Below, one piece after another: positions 1 through 9,110 of a DNA stretch of 64,000 nt (the stretch's first letter is position 1; each line of letters opens with the position of its first letter). Source of the DNA: Candidatus Latescibacterota bacterium (lineage in GTDB: Bacteria > Latescibacterota > UBA2968); assembly GCA_965116885.1 (NCBI GenBank), contig OZ220741.1, forward strand, positions 1,152,001 through 1,216,000, read 5' to 3'. The notes under the pieces were generated by a model, which saw only the letters and a program-made list of their open reading frames with translations, was not told where the DNA came from and made no database searches. Made by a program: the position numbers and the translations under genes.

Positions 1-148
1 AAATAGTCGCCGCGGCTGCATCGGCCGCATTGCCCCCCCTATCCAAAATCTCAACACCCGCTGCCACAGCACCTGCGCCGCCCGCAGCCACAACACCCGT
101 CTTGCTCTCAGCCTTCCATCCGATCTGTCCCACATCTATACCAGACAT
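1..148 (-). CDS. ggt: Gamma-glutamyltransferase family protein, N-terminal part (runs off window)
   Basis: Own translation from ATG at 148: MSGIDVGQIGWKAESKTGVVAAGGAGAVAAGVEILDRGGNAADAAAATI, with the GGNAxDAA motif of GGT; AAGGAG RBS upstream. Confidence 0.8.
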   Translation of the reverse strand, partial: MSGIDVGQIGWKAESKTGVVAAGGAGAVAAGVEILDRGGNAADAAAATI

Positions 149-277
149 AACGTTCTCCTTTTCGCCCTTGACGCCACGCAAAACACTGACTTTATTTTTA
201 TTATAGCATGATCTTTTTATGAAGACAAAACAATCTGTATTCCTTCCGTACGTCTTTATCTGCGAGAAAACGAATTA

Positions 278-1339
278 ATGAAATTATCAGAACCCATCAC
301 CGATATCGAGCAACTGACGCCTGAGCTACTAACGGATCGATTTGGTCGCAACGGATTCCTGAAATCGGGTTCGGTCACATCCATCGAAAAAACGGACTCA
401 TTCGGATCGTCGTGCGCGGAATGGGACAGGCTCTCGCTGACATTTAGCGATAACTACGTGGGTGATATTCCAGATGCGATTGTGTTGAAGGTCTATCGAA
501 AGGGATGGTTTGGAGGCGGAGTCATCGAATGGACATTTTACAATGAACTCGCGCCAAAAACGCCGGACGCATCTGTCTGTCCCATTTTTGACTGTGGATT
601 CGATCACAATGAGAAAAACTGTCACTATCTCATGCCAGACCTATCGGTAACACATAAAGACGGGCCAAAGGAGGCCACCGAACAACTTCACAAAGCCGTA
701 ATTGAAGAACTGCTCAAATATCACATTCGATGGTGGAATGATCCACGTCTGGACGAGTGGCCATTCATGATGCAAGCCGGTGGTCCACTCCGAATGGCTC
801 AGGCAATAGCTGAGCAAGACGTACGCGATAGCTGCGCCAGCTTTGAAGAAGCCCTGAAGCCACTGGCAAAAGAACTGGGCGACGACCTCGACCCCGCTCA
901 CATCGAGATAATGGAACGCGTGATTCAGGGATATCCCGATATATTCCTGGCGCGTGTCACAAACGAAAAAAATATCACAATGCTACACGGCGACGCGCAC
1001 TTGTGGAACCTCTTTTACCCGAAAAATCCCTCAAAGGACCGGATCATCCTCTTCGATTGGGAAACCTACAAGCGAGGGCTTGGTGCTTACGACCTCGCCT
1101 ACATGCTGATCCACGGAACATCCGAACGAAAAGCACTCGAACGCCCACTCATGGATTTCTATTTTCAGAGGCTCATAGCTGGCGGCATCGAAAATTGCAG
1201 CCGAGACCAATTCGAGTACGATTATCGGCTATCCGTGCTATCGTGTGTCTTCTGTCCGATCTTATGGAAGCGCGCATTCTCCGTTCGGAATGCAATGAAA
1301 GCGTATCAGGACTGGGATTGTGGTGCGCTGCTCGAATAG
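278..1339 (+). CDS. Aminoglycoside phosphotransferase/choline kinase-like (APH/EcKinase) family protein
   Basis: Brenner motif LHGDAHLWN followed by LFDWE. Confidence 0.8.
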   Translation: MKLSEPITDIEQLTPELLTDRFGRNGFLKSGSVTSIEKTDSFGSSCAEWDRLSLTFSDNYVGDIPDAIVLKVYRKGWFGGGVIEWTFYNELAPKTPDASVCPIFDCGFDHNEKNCHYLMPDLSVTHKDGPKEATEQLHKAVIEELLKYHIRWWNDPRLDEWPFMMQAGGPLRMAQAIAEQDVRDSCASFEEALKPLAKELGDDLDPAHIEIMERVIQGYPDIFLARVTNEKNITMLHGDAHLWNLFYPKNPSKDRIILFDWETYKRGLGAYDLAYMLIHGTSERKALERPLMDFYFQRLIAGGIENCSRDQFEYDYRLSVLSCVFCPILWKRAFSVRNAMKAYQDWDCGALLE

Positions 1340-1399
1340 ACTAAATTCTCGATAAAATAGACAGGCACTCTCCTGTCCTAAAGAACGGGTATCAAACAC

Positions 1400-1430
1400 G
1401 CCCTCTGTGCGATGCAGAGGGCTTTTTTTT
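1400..1430 (+). terminator. Rho-independent terminator
   Basis: GCCCTCTG-7nt-CAGAGGGC followed by T8. Confidence 0.8.
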
Positions 1431-1488
1431 ATGATAAATTTTGACCACAACAAACAGACAGTCTCTCACCCTTACAGGAGGATTTAAC

Positions 1489-2190
1489 ATGTCCACCCAA
1501 ACAGCTCTCATCACTGGCGCATCTCGCGGACTGGGCCTGGCTCTCGCGCAAGAACTCGCACAGCAAAACTGGCGACTGATCATCAATGCAAGGGGTGCAG
1601 ACGCACTCGAACACGTGCGCAAAGAACTGGCCAAATGGACCGAAGTCATCGCCATAGCCGGAGACGTAACAGACCCCCAACACCGGAAAGCACTGGCGCA
1701 CGCAGCAAAAGAAATAGGGGGCCTGGACGCCGTAATCAACAACGCGGGCATATTGGGACCGAGTCCCCAGCCCGAACTGCTCGATTACCCACTCGATATA
1801 TTGGCAGACGTCTATCGCGCCAACGCAATCGCGCCCCTGGGGGTGCTCCAGGCGCTACAACACACCTTAAAATCAGGCGCCCGCGTAATCAACATCACCA
1901 GCGATGCCGCTCGCGAGCCGTACCCCGGCTGGGGCGGATACGGCTCATCGAAAGCCGCGCTTGAACAACTCTCACACGTACTCGCAGCAGAACGTCCCGA
2001 CTGGCACATCTACTGGGTAGATCCCGGCGACATGCGAACGCAAATGCACCGTGAGGCATTCCCCTTTGAAGACATCAGCGACCGCCCCTTGCCGGAAACA
2101 AGTGTACCGGGATTTATCGAACTCCTGAACAGCAATTACCCCAGTGGACGCTATGCCGCACGCGAACTACTCACCGCCCTCGCAAAATAG
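1489..2190 (+). CDS. Short-chain dehydrogenase/reductase (SDR)
   Basis: TGASRGLG, NNAG and YGSSK motifs; start moved to ATG 1489 behind AGGAGG. Confidence 0.9.
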   Translation: MSTQTALITGASRGLGLALAQELAQQNWRLIINARGADALEHVRKELAKWTEVIAIAGDVTDPQHRKALAHAAKEIGGLDAVINNAGILGPSPQPELLDYPLDILADVYRANAIAPLGVLQALQHTLKSGARVINITSDAAREPYPGWGGYGSSKAALEQLSHVLAAERPDWHIYWVDPGDMRTQMHREAFPFEDISDRPLPETSVPGFIELLNSNYPSGRYAARELLTALAK

Positions 2191-2204
2191 AAAGGAGACA
2201 TCTC

Positions 2205-3314
2205 ATGTCCATGATACCCAACACAGTACTCCCTATCACAATGATGGACTCAAAACTGGACTCTCTAACATTTGACCTGCCATCCGACCTGGAAGCGGGT
2301 GAACCGCCCGAAGCGCGTGGACTCAGCCGGGACCAGGTCCGGCTGATGGTCTCCTGGCAAAAAAATGATGCGATAGAACACATCGCATTTCGCGACTTAC
2401 CCGACGTGCTACAGGCGGGCGACGTCGTCGTCATCAACACCAGTGGCACGCGCAAAGCATCTCTGCCCATCATTAGGCCCGACGGAACAGAACTCAGACT
2501 ACATCTATCAACGCAACTGCACGCCGACATGTGGGCAGTTGAAATACGCCAACCCAATGGCATCGCAACGCAGCCTTTTTACCACGCACAGGCAGGCGAA
2601 ATCTTCACATTACCCGGCAGTGGATCAGCACAACTGCACGCCCCCTATCGCCCCGAACTGCGGCACAACCCCGACGCCCCTGTTCGCCTGTGGATTGCAA
2701 CCCTGAACCTGCCTTATGACCTGGACACCTACCTGGACATATACGGCATGCCCATCCGGTATGGCTATGTGCAAAACGACTGGCCCATCGACTATTATCA
2801 AACCGTATATGCAACAGAAGTGGGCAGCGCTGAAATGCCATCAGCAGGCAGGGCATTCACACCCAAAATCATCACAAAACTGGTCGCAAAAGGCATACAA
2901 ATTGCCCCCCTGATCTTACACACAGGCGTGGCGAGTCTGGAAGCTGATGAACCGCCTTACGAAGAATACTACCGCGTACCAGCCGAAACAGCGCGGGTAA
3001 TCAACAACGCGCGAAAAAACGGCGGACGGATCATCGCCGTTGGCACAACAGTCGTGCGCGCACTCGAAACCGTAGCCGACAAAACCGGACAAGTCTCTCA
3101 GGGCGAAGGGTGGACATCCCTGATAATCTCACCCGGTCACACCATGCAGACCGTAGATAGCTTACTCACCGGAATGCACGAACCGAGTGCCACACATCTA
3201 TCCATGCTCCAGGCATTGGCGGGATTAGATCACCTCAAACTGACTTATGAAGCCGCACTCAACAAAAATTATTTGTGGCACGAATTCGGCGATCTACATT
3301 TGATTTTACCCTGA
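2205..3314 (+). CDS. S-adenosylmethionine:tRNA ribosyltransferase-isomerase family protein (divergent QueA paralog)
   Basis: QueA architecture (FDLP, GDVVVIN, YQTVYA, IIAVGTTVVRALE) with altered motifs AEMPSAGRAF and YLWHEFGD. Confidence 0.8.
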   Translation: MSMIPNTVLPITMMDSKLDSLTFDLPSDLEAGEPPEARGLSRDQVRLMVSWQKNDAIEHIAFRDLPDVLQAGDVVVINTSGTRKASLPIIRPDGTELRLHLSTQLHADMWAVEIRQPNGIATQPFYHAQAGEIFTLPGSGSAQLHAPYRPELRHNPDAPVRLWIATLNLPYDLDTYLDIYGMPIRYGYVQNDWPIDYYQTVYATEVGSAEMPSAGRAFTPKIITKLVAKGIQIAPLILHTGVASLEADEPPYEEYYRVPAETARVINNARKNGGRIIAVGTTVVRALETVADKTGQVSQGEGWTSLIISPGHTMQTVDSLLTGMHEPSATHLSMLQALAGLDHLKLTYEAALNKNYLWHEFGDLHLILP

Positions 3315-3370
3315 ACACGCGGTATATTGAGCCACTACCGATAAGGAGAACCGTCAAAATAGGAAAACAA

Positions 3371-4447
3371 ATGTTCATAATTCACGAAATAGACGACAAC
3401 ATCCGCAGCGCCTATGGCATGACAGTCGCCGATATCACAGACAACGGACACCTGGACATCGTAGTCGGTTCTATGGGAACCTCGATGATCGCCCTGTACG
3501 AAGGACCTCATTTTGAAAAACAGATCATATCAGAAGCGCACCCCGGCACCATCGCACTATCGGTATTCGACGTCACGGGTAACGATCAAAAAGACATCAT
3601 TGCGAGCAGCGGATTTGGGCGAAGACAGCGGATCCCGCCGGAGTACTTGCACTGGTTTCAAGCACCTGCCTGGACACAGCACTTCATCGACTGGGTACCC
3701 TATTCACACCGCATTGCAATGGTAGAAGTCAACGGTCAACCCCTGCTATTTGTCGCAACACTGCAAGGACCGGGAAGCCAGATCAACGACTTTGATGCGC
3801 CGGGTGAACTGTGGTGTTACCGCATACCACAAGACCCGGTAAATGAACCGTGGGAAAAGCGATTAATCGACGGGCAGTTGAGACTCAACCACGGCCTGAG
3901 CGTATGCGACGTAGATGGCGATGGCCGCATGGACTTACTGCTCGGCACACGCGACGGCCTGATCTGGTTTGAGCCGCCCAAAGGGGACGGATTCGCGGAA
4001 AAATGGAACCGATGGACCATAAGCCCCCGCGAAAGCAGCGAAACCTTTGCCGTAGATATGGATGGGGATGGCATCAATGAAATACTCTCCATCGAACCCT
4101 GGCACGGCAATGAACTCGTCTGGTACAAAGCCACTGGCGACATCCGAACAGGCGCGTGGGAACGCCATCTAATCAGCGACAAACTCAACCGCGGACATTC
4201 GCTCTGGTGTGGCGACATAGACAGCGACAACGCACTGGAAGTCATCGCCGGATACAACGGACCCGGCACAGCCCTCCACATCTATCGCCCAGAGAATTTA
4301 GAAACAGACACCTGGCACATTGAACAAATCGACAACGGCATTGGCATGGGGCAAATGGCAATCGAAGACCTCAGCGGCAACGGCAAATTAGACATCGCCG
4401 CAAGCGGCATGTCCACGGGTAATGTGCGGTGGTATGAACAAATTTGA
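3371..4447 (+). CDS. FG-GAP/VCBS repeat beta-propeller protein
   Basis: Repeated DxDxDGxxD motifs (DVDGDGRMD, DMDGDGINE, DLSGNGKLD); start at ATG 3371. Confidence 0.75.
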   Translation: MFIIHEIDDNIRSAYGMTVADITDNGHLDIVVGSMGTSMIALYEGPHFEKQIISEAHPGTIALSVFDVTGNDQKDIIASSGFGRRQRIPPEYLHWFQAPAWTQHFIDWVPYSHRIAMVEVNGQPLLFVATLQGPGSQINDFDAPGELWCYRIPQDPVNEPWEKRLIDGQLRLNHGLSVCDVDGDGRMDLLLGTRDGLIWFEPPKGDGFAEKWNRWTISPRESSETFAVDMDGDGINEILSIEPWHGNELVWYKATGDIRTGAWERHLISDKLNRGHSLWCGDIDSDNALEVIAGYNGPGTALHIYRPENLETDTWHIEQIDNGIGMGQMAIEDLSGNGKLDIAASGMSTGNVRWYEQI

Positions 4448-4470
4448 ATCGTCTCAAAAAAAGGAAGACA

Positions 4471-4698
4471 ATGGACTATCAAGACATCATCACCATTGAA
4501 CCGGGCAAACGCAGTGGAAAACCGTGTATTCGCGGCATGCGGATCACCGTTTATGACGTACTTGACTATCTTGCCTCAGACATGTCTGTTGAAGAAATAT
4601 TGAGCGACTTTCCCGAACTTACACGAGAAGACATCCGCGCCTGCCTGGCATTCGCCGCAGACCGAGAGCGCAGGCTTATGTCTGTTTCTTCGACATGA
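4471..4698 (+). CDS. DUF433 family antitoxin
   Basis: ITIEPGKRSGKPCIRGMRITV...EEILSDFPEL signature. Confidence 0.9.
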   Translation: MDYQDIITIEPGKRSGKPCIRGMRITVYDVLDYLASDMSVEEILSDFPELTREDIRACLAFAADRERRLMSVSST

Positions 4699-5027
4699 GA
4701 TTCCTCTTCGATCAAAACCTCTCTTACAGATTGGTTACAGACTTGAAGGACCTGTATCCCAATTCTTCACACATCCGAGATATAGGCATGGAAGAAGCGG
4801 ATGACTCGGATATTTGGGATTATGCAACCCAAAATGGCTATGTCATTGTTTCCAAAGACTCGGACTTTCACCAAAAAAGCTTTCTATACGGTCATCCGCC
4901 CAAAGTCATTTGGCTTCGCGTAGGCAATTGTTCAACGAACACAATTGTATCTCTTCTTCGCACACAATACGATGCAATTTTGAGATTTGAGCAAAGCGAA
5001 ACCACATCTTTTTTTATTTTAGAATAA
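4695..5027 (+). CDS. DUF5615 PIN-like toxin
   Basis: MRFLFDQNLS...DSDIW...VSKDSDF; ATGA overlap with DUF433 gene. Confidence 0.85.
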   Translation: MRFLFDQNLSYRLVTDLKDLYPNSSHIRDIGMEEADDSDIWDYATQNGYVIVSKDSDFHQKSFLYGHPPKVIWLRVGNCSTNTIVSLLRTQYDAILRFEQSETTSFFILE

Positions 5028-5076
5028 AGAGTCTCATTATTCCTATCGCAACACTCAACTCACAAAGGAGAAAAAC

Positions 5077-5397
5077 ATGTTCTTCGAACTACGTCAATAT
5101 CGCACCCAACCTGGAAAACGCGAAGAATGGGTTGCATTTATGGAGAGTGAAATCATCCCATTTCAAATATCAAAAGGCATGGTCGTTATCGGCAGCTTTG
5201 TCGGCGAAGAAGAAGACGATCTCTACGTGTGGATCCGTCGATTTGAAAGCGAGGAACAAATGGAGCAACTCTACAAAGCCGTCTATGAAGACCCGTATTG
5301 GACCGATACGCTGAGCGATCAAGTAGGCGCATTGATCGACCGGGAGCGCATCGTCGTAACGCGCCTCAATGCAACACCGAGGTCTGTCATACAATAG
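5077..5397 (+). CDS. NIPSNAP family protein
   Basis: FFELRQYRTQPGK...VIGSF...YVWIRRF pattern; AAGGAG RBS. Confidence 0.85.
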   Translation: MFFELRQYRTQPGKREEWVAFMESEIIPFQISKGMVVIGSFVGEEEDDLYVWIRRFESEEQMEQLYKAVYEDPYWTDTLSDQVGALIDRERIVVTRLNATPRSVIQ

Positions 5398-5400
5398 GAC

Positions 5401-7182
5401 CTACCAAAAACTGACAAACCCCGTGAGTTCAAGACGGCGTTTCACGCGCTGGAGTTTGTGTGTTGAGCGGGGATATGTGGCATCGCAAAAAGCGATCAGC
5501 GCGTCCAGCAAACCGGCGAGTTCATCTCCCGCGCCGGACAGGCGTGGGAGAATCTTTTGTAAAATCTGATAATCAAAAGCATCTCGGGGCGTAAACGCTG
5601 GCGCATTTGAAGGCAACCCCTCAATCAAATCGAGCGCATACGCCATATAGATGAGAACCTCATCGCGGATGCGATAGCCAAAATGCAGATCCTCTTCCGC
5701 GAGCATCGCGTTAATCTCCTCCAACGGCTCATTCCACGCAACAACCTCATCGCGGTGGCGAACATCTTCCAACTGCCGATAGGGACGGTCAATAAGCGCT
5801 GCACCCAGAGCGCGCAGAGCCGTCGAATCAATCTGCACCTCGGGATCGTAATCCGACAACCCCAGATCAACGCGATCAAAAGCAACCGTATTCGCCCTGT
5901 CCAGCACCTTGGGACTAAACGCATACGTCGTCTCATCCATATTGACCGTACCTGCCACAAACAAATTGGGTGGAATGGGCAAACGCGAAGGCACATCTCC
6001 CATCTCATCCGTTGACACCACATCCCCACCCTGCGCCAATTCAATCGGATCTGTCGTCCACGCCCCATCGGGCGTGCGCCTCGCCGTCTCCATAACACTC
6101 AAAAAATCGGCAAAATAGTGTTCTACGCGAGCGAGATTCATCTCGTCCAAACACACAAAATAGGGACGGTCCGGATCGTCCTGTGCCTCGCACATCGCCT
6201 GAAGCAACGCACCCGGGCGAAACACCCCCGTGAGCAAATTTTCAAACCCGAGCAAATCGCGCACATCATTCCAATCCGGACGCACGGGAATCAGGCGATA
6301 CCCTCTCGCTCGCCCCTCATCGAGACCATTGATCGCCTCGGCCAAAAGCCGAATCACCGTACTCTTCCCCGTCCCGGATATCCCCGCCAAAATGAGAAAA
6401 GGTTTGGTCTTCAAACACAAATAGAGATTGAACAACATCCCCGCTTCAATATGGAAATTCTTCAGCGCCGTGAACCTGTAAAGATCGCACAAAAGCTCTG
6501 CCTCCACAGGCACAAGCGCATCTCGCACAACACCGGCTTCTGCGGGATCGGGCATATTGTACACGACACTGCTTTTAGAGGTCTGGTATCTCGCGCTTGT
6601 AAACACTGCATACAGCGCGTAGAGATCCCCTATCACTGTCTTAATATCCTCAACAAGAGTCGGCACCGCAGCTTCATCCGGCGTGAGAATCGAACCGACA
6701 AACAGCGAGCGATCAACCCCCTCGAGCCTGGATGGCGACCAGGGCACGGAACGACCGGGTGACGCCACAATAATATCACCCGCCAAACAGCGATATCCCT
6801 TGCGCGGCACCAAACCGCGAAACTTCTTGCGGTCAGCAATCGCCGTTTGCATCGCCTCGGCAGTCCACCAGCCAGAGTAAAAACCTATAGCCACGGCATT
6901 GTGATGCAAATAAATACCCAGTTGGGGCAACCGGGGAAACGCGCTCTTCTTCAGTTTGCGATCTACAAAATAGAGACACGCGTGATCCCGGGGCCGATCG
7001 GGATTGGAGCGAAAATTAGTCGTCGTGTAAACAGGTGAGATAACAGCGGTGAGGTCTGGATGCTGTTTCGTCAGAACGGGTTCGATCTCATCGCGCAGGA
7101 CTCGCATGCGCCCATGCAGATGCTCAGCACCGATGCGCGTGCCATTACAGGCGAGAAAATCGTTGGGAGAGAAAGAGAACAT
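5401..7182 (-). CDS. McrB-family AAA+ GTPase with N-terminal putative recognition domain
   Basis: GISGTGKS Walker A, VRPDW, LDEMNLARVEHYF, GTVNMDE (McrB NxxD), LQKILPRL; start uncertain (7182 preferred). Confidence 0.85.
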   Translation of the reverse strand: MFSFSPNDFLACNGTRIGAEHLHGRMRVLRDEIEPVLTKQHPDLTAVISPVYTTTNFRSNPDRPRDHACLYFVDRKLKKSAFPRLPQLGIYLHHNAVAIGFYSGWWTAEAMQTAIADRKKFRGLVPRKGYRCLAGDIIVASPGRSVPWSPSRLEGVDRSLFVGSILTPDEAAVPTLVEDIKTVIGDLYALYAVFTSARYQTSKSSVVYNMPDPAEAGVVRDALVPVEAELLCDLYRFTALKNFHIEAGMLFNLYLCLKTKPFLILAGISGTGKSTVIRLLAEAINGLDEGRARGYRLIPVRPDWNDVRDLLGFENLLTGVFRPGALLQAMCEAQDDPDRPYFVCLDEMNLARVEHYFADFLSVMETARRTPDGAWTTDPIELAQGGDVVSTDEMGDVPSRLPIPPNLFVAGTVNMDETTYAFSPKVLDRANTVAFDRVDLGLSDYDPEVQIDSTALRALGAALIDRPYRQLEDVRHRDEVVAWNEPLEEINAMLAEEDLHFGYRIRDEVLIYMAYALDLIEGLPSNAPAFTPRDAFDYQILQKILPRLSGAGDELAGLLDALIAFCDATYPRSTHKLQRVKRRLELTGFVSFW

Positions 7183-7385
7183 AAACGTGGTCAGTTGTTT
7201 GTTGTCTGTCGTGCGTACATTCGCACAACAGATGGACGATGTCAAGGACTTTCAATTTTTGGGATAAGCTCACTGTAAAAAGCATTCATCACCCCTATGA
7301 GTTTAACTTGATTTCAAAAAAAAATAAATTATATTGTGAATTTGTCACTATTGGACCATTGTGACGAGCGGATCGGTCTGGGCTG

Positions 7386-7536
7386 GCATTAGCCCAGACG
7401 TTTGCAATTATTGTGATGGTAAGGTGCAATCAGCGGTGGGCATCTCAACCCGGCCGTTGCCATTGGCGCGTTTTTAGCGGGAGCACAGGCAGTGGTAATC
7501 CTATTAAATACATTGTCTTTTGTCTGTCAATGGTGA
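7386..7536 (+). pseudogene. Aquaporin/MIP channel remnant
   Basis: 7423-7482 translates GAISGGHLNPAVAIGAFLAG (MIP signature); the preceding ALAQTFAIIVMV helix is in another frame; stop at 7534-7536. Confidence 0.75.
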
Positions 7537-7577
7537 TGGTGAAAAATATGTAACGCTACACAAAATCAATTCTTTAT

Positions 7578-7611
7578 AAAGCGCAGAGAACAGCATTGTT
7601 CTCTGCGCTTT
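7578..7611. terminator. Hairpin, probable bidirectional terminator (copy 1)
   Basis: AAAGCGCAGAGAACA-GCAT-TGTTCTCTGCGCTTT perfect stem. Confidence 0.7.
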
Positions 7612-7864
7612 GTATTTATACGGGAAATTTTATGGCCAGATAAGCGAATTTTTTTCCTGAGCGAGTGGGAATTCTCTTGACACTGCCACTTTGTTTACAT
7701 TTTTTAACATAATAGCATAAGAAATTCTACATCTTAAAATAAGAAAAAAAAAGGGGTTCGCCTTTTTCATGATAGGGATGGTGCATTCTGTAGCATTCCT
7801 TCGGTAACCGTTGCGGCTGCGTGATAGCGCAAACCGTGACACAACCACATTCTGGGAGGTAGAA

Positions 7865-8191
7865 ATGGCAAGCAGAAATATTATTGTCCTGGTCATCATC
7901 CTCGCGATTGTGCAGGCCCTGGCGCCCGACGCAATCCCTGGGGGACTTGTGCCACTCGCACTGGTGATACTGGGACTACTCTACGCGATAGTAGCGGTCG
8001 ATGCTGAGGACTCGACGGCCTACCTGGTCGTTGCGATTGCGGTCGGCGCTGCTGCAGGTGCGGATGTGTTGAGCAACATCCCAGGGGTAGGCGCTCACCT
8101 GGACGCCATTGTCGATCCGATCGCCACCGCCCTGTATGCCGGTGTCATAGCCATACTCGTGGAGAGGGGAATAAACCGCATCAAGAGTTAA
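7865..8191 (+). CDS. Small hydrophobic membrane protein, tandem paralog 1
   Basis: About 4 hydrophobic segments; GGGAGG RBS; near-identical motifs to the next two genes. Confidence 0.85.
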   Translation: MASRNIIVLVIILAIVQALAPDAIPGGLVPLALVILGLLYAIVAVDAEDSTAYLVVAIAVGAAAGADVLSNIPGVGAHLDAIVDPIATALYAGVIAILVERGINRIKS

Positions 8192-8261
8192 AGATGACTG
8201 GCGGATCAGCGACCTGTAGCCACAGGTCGTGACACACCAACCTATTCTGGGAGGAAGAAAT

Positions 8262-8588
8262 ATGGCAAGCAGGATTATTGTTAGCCTGATCGCTGCTCTG
8301 GCGATTATTCAGGGCCTGACGCCCGACGCGATCCCTGCGGGACTTGTGTCCCTCGCGCTGGTGATTCTGGGTCTGGCCTACGCGGTGGTAGCGGTCGGCG
8401 CTGATGACGAAACAGCCTACCTGATCGTCGCGCTTGCGGTCGGCGCTGCTGCAGGTGCGGATGCGTTGAGCGGCATCCCGCAGCTTGGCGCCCACCTGGA
8501 CGCCATCGTCGATCCAATCAGCACCGCTTTGTACGCCGGCGTCATAACCATACTCGTGAAGACACTAATAAATCACCTCAAGGGTTAA
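8262..8588 (+). CDS. Small hydrophobic membrane protein, tandem paralog 2
   Basis: Shares LALVILGL.Y, AVGAAAGAD.LS, LDAIVDPI..ALYAGVI with neighbours. Confidence 0.85.
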   Translation: MASRIIVSLIAALAIIQGLTPDAIPAGLVSLALVILGLAYAVVAVGADDETAYLIVALAVGAAAGADALSGIPQLGAHLDAIVDPISTALYAGVITILVKTLINHLKG

Positions 8589-8658
8589 AGATGACTGGTG
8601 GTTCACCTTGTAGCCCTATACGGCTACATCACAACTAACTTAATTCTGGGAGGATGAA

Positions 8659-9027
8659 ATGGTAGTCAGAATTATTGTTGGCCTGATCGTCGTTCTGGCC
8701 ATTATTCAGGGCCTGGTGGCCGGCGCGATTCCTGAAAATATTGTGTCGATCGCGCTGGTGATTCTGGGCCTGGTGTACGGGGGGATGGCGCTCGACGCTG
8801 AAGATGCGACATCCTTCCTGGTCGTTGCGATTGCGGTCGGTGCTGCTGCAGGTGCGGACGTATTGAGCAACATACAGGTAATAGGCGAGAAACTGGACGC
8901 CATCGTCGATCCGATCACTATCGCTCTGTATGCCGGCGTCATAACCGTATTCGCAAAGAGGGTATTAAATCGCGTCTTGGCGTCTGGTGATGGTGGCGGT
9001 GAAAGTGCTGGCGGCGGTGAAGAATAG
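8659..9027 (+). CDS. Small hydrophobic membrane protein, tandem paralog 3 (Gly/Glu C-terminal tail)
   Basis: Same motifs plus SGDGGGESAGGGEE tail. Confidence 0.85.
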   Translation: MVVRIIVGLIVVLAIIQGLVAGAIPENIVSIALVILGLVYGGMALDAEDATSFLVVAIAVGAAAGADVLSNIQVIGEKLDAIVDPITIALYAGVITVFAKRVLNRVLASGDGGGESAGGGEE

Positions 9028-9058
9028 TTAAAAGTTGCACAGAATTTTGTTATATTAC

Positions 9059-9092
9059 AAAGCGCAGAGAGCAATACCGTTCTCTGCGCTTT
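9059..9092. terminator. Hairpin, probable terminator (copy 2 of 7578-7611)
   Basis: AAAGCGCAGAGAGC-AATACC-GTTCTCTGCGCTTT. Confidence 0.7.
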
Positions 9093-9110
9093 CTTAATAC
9101 AGGAGACTTT

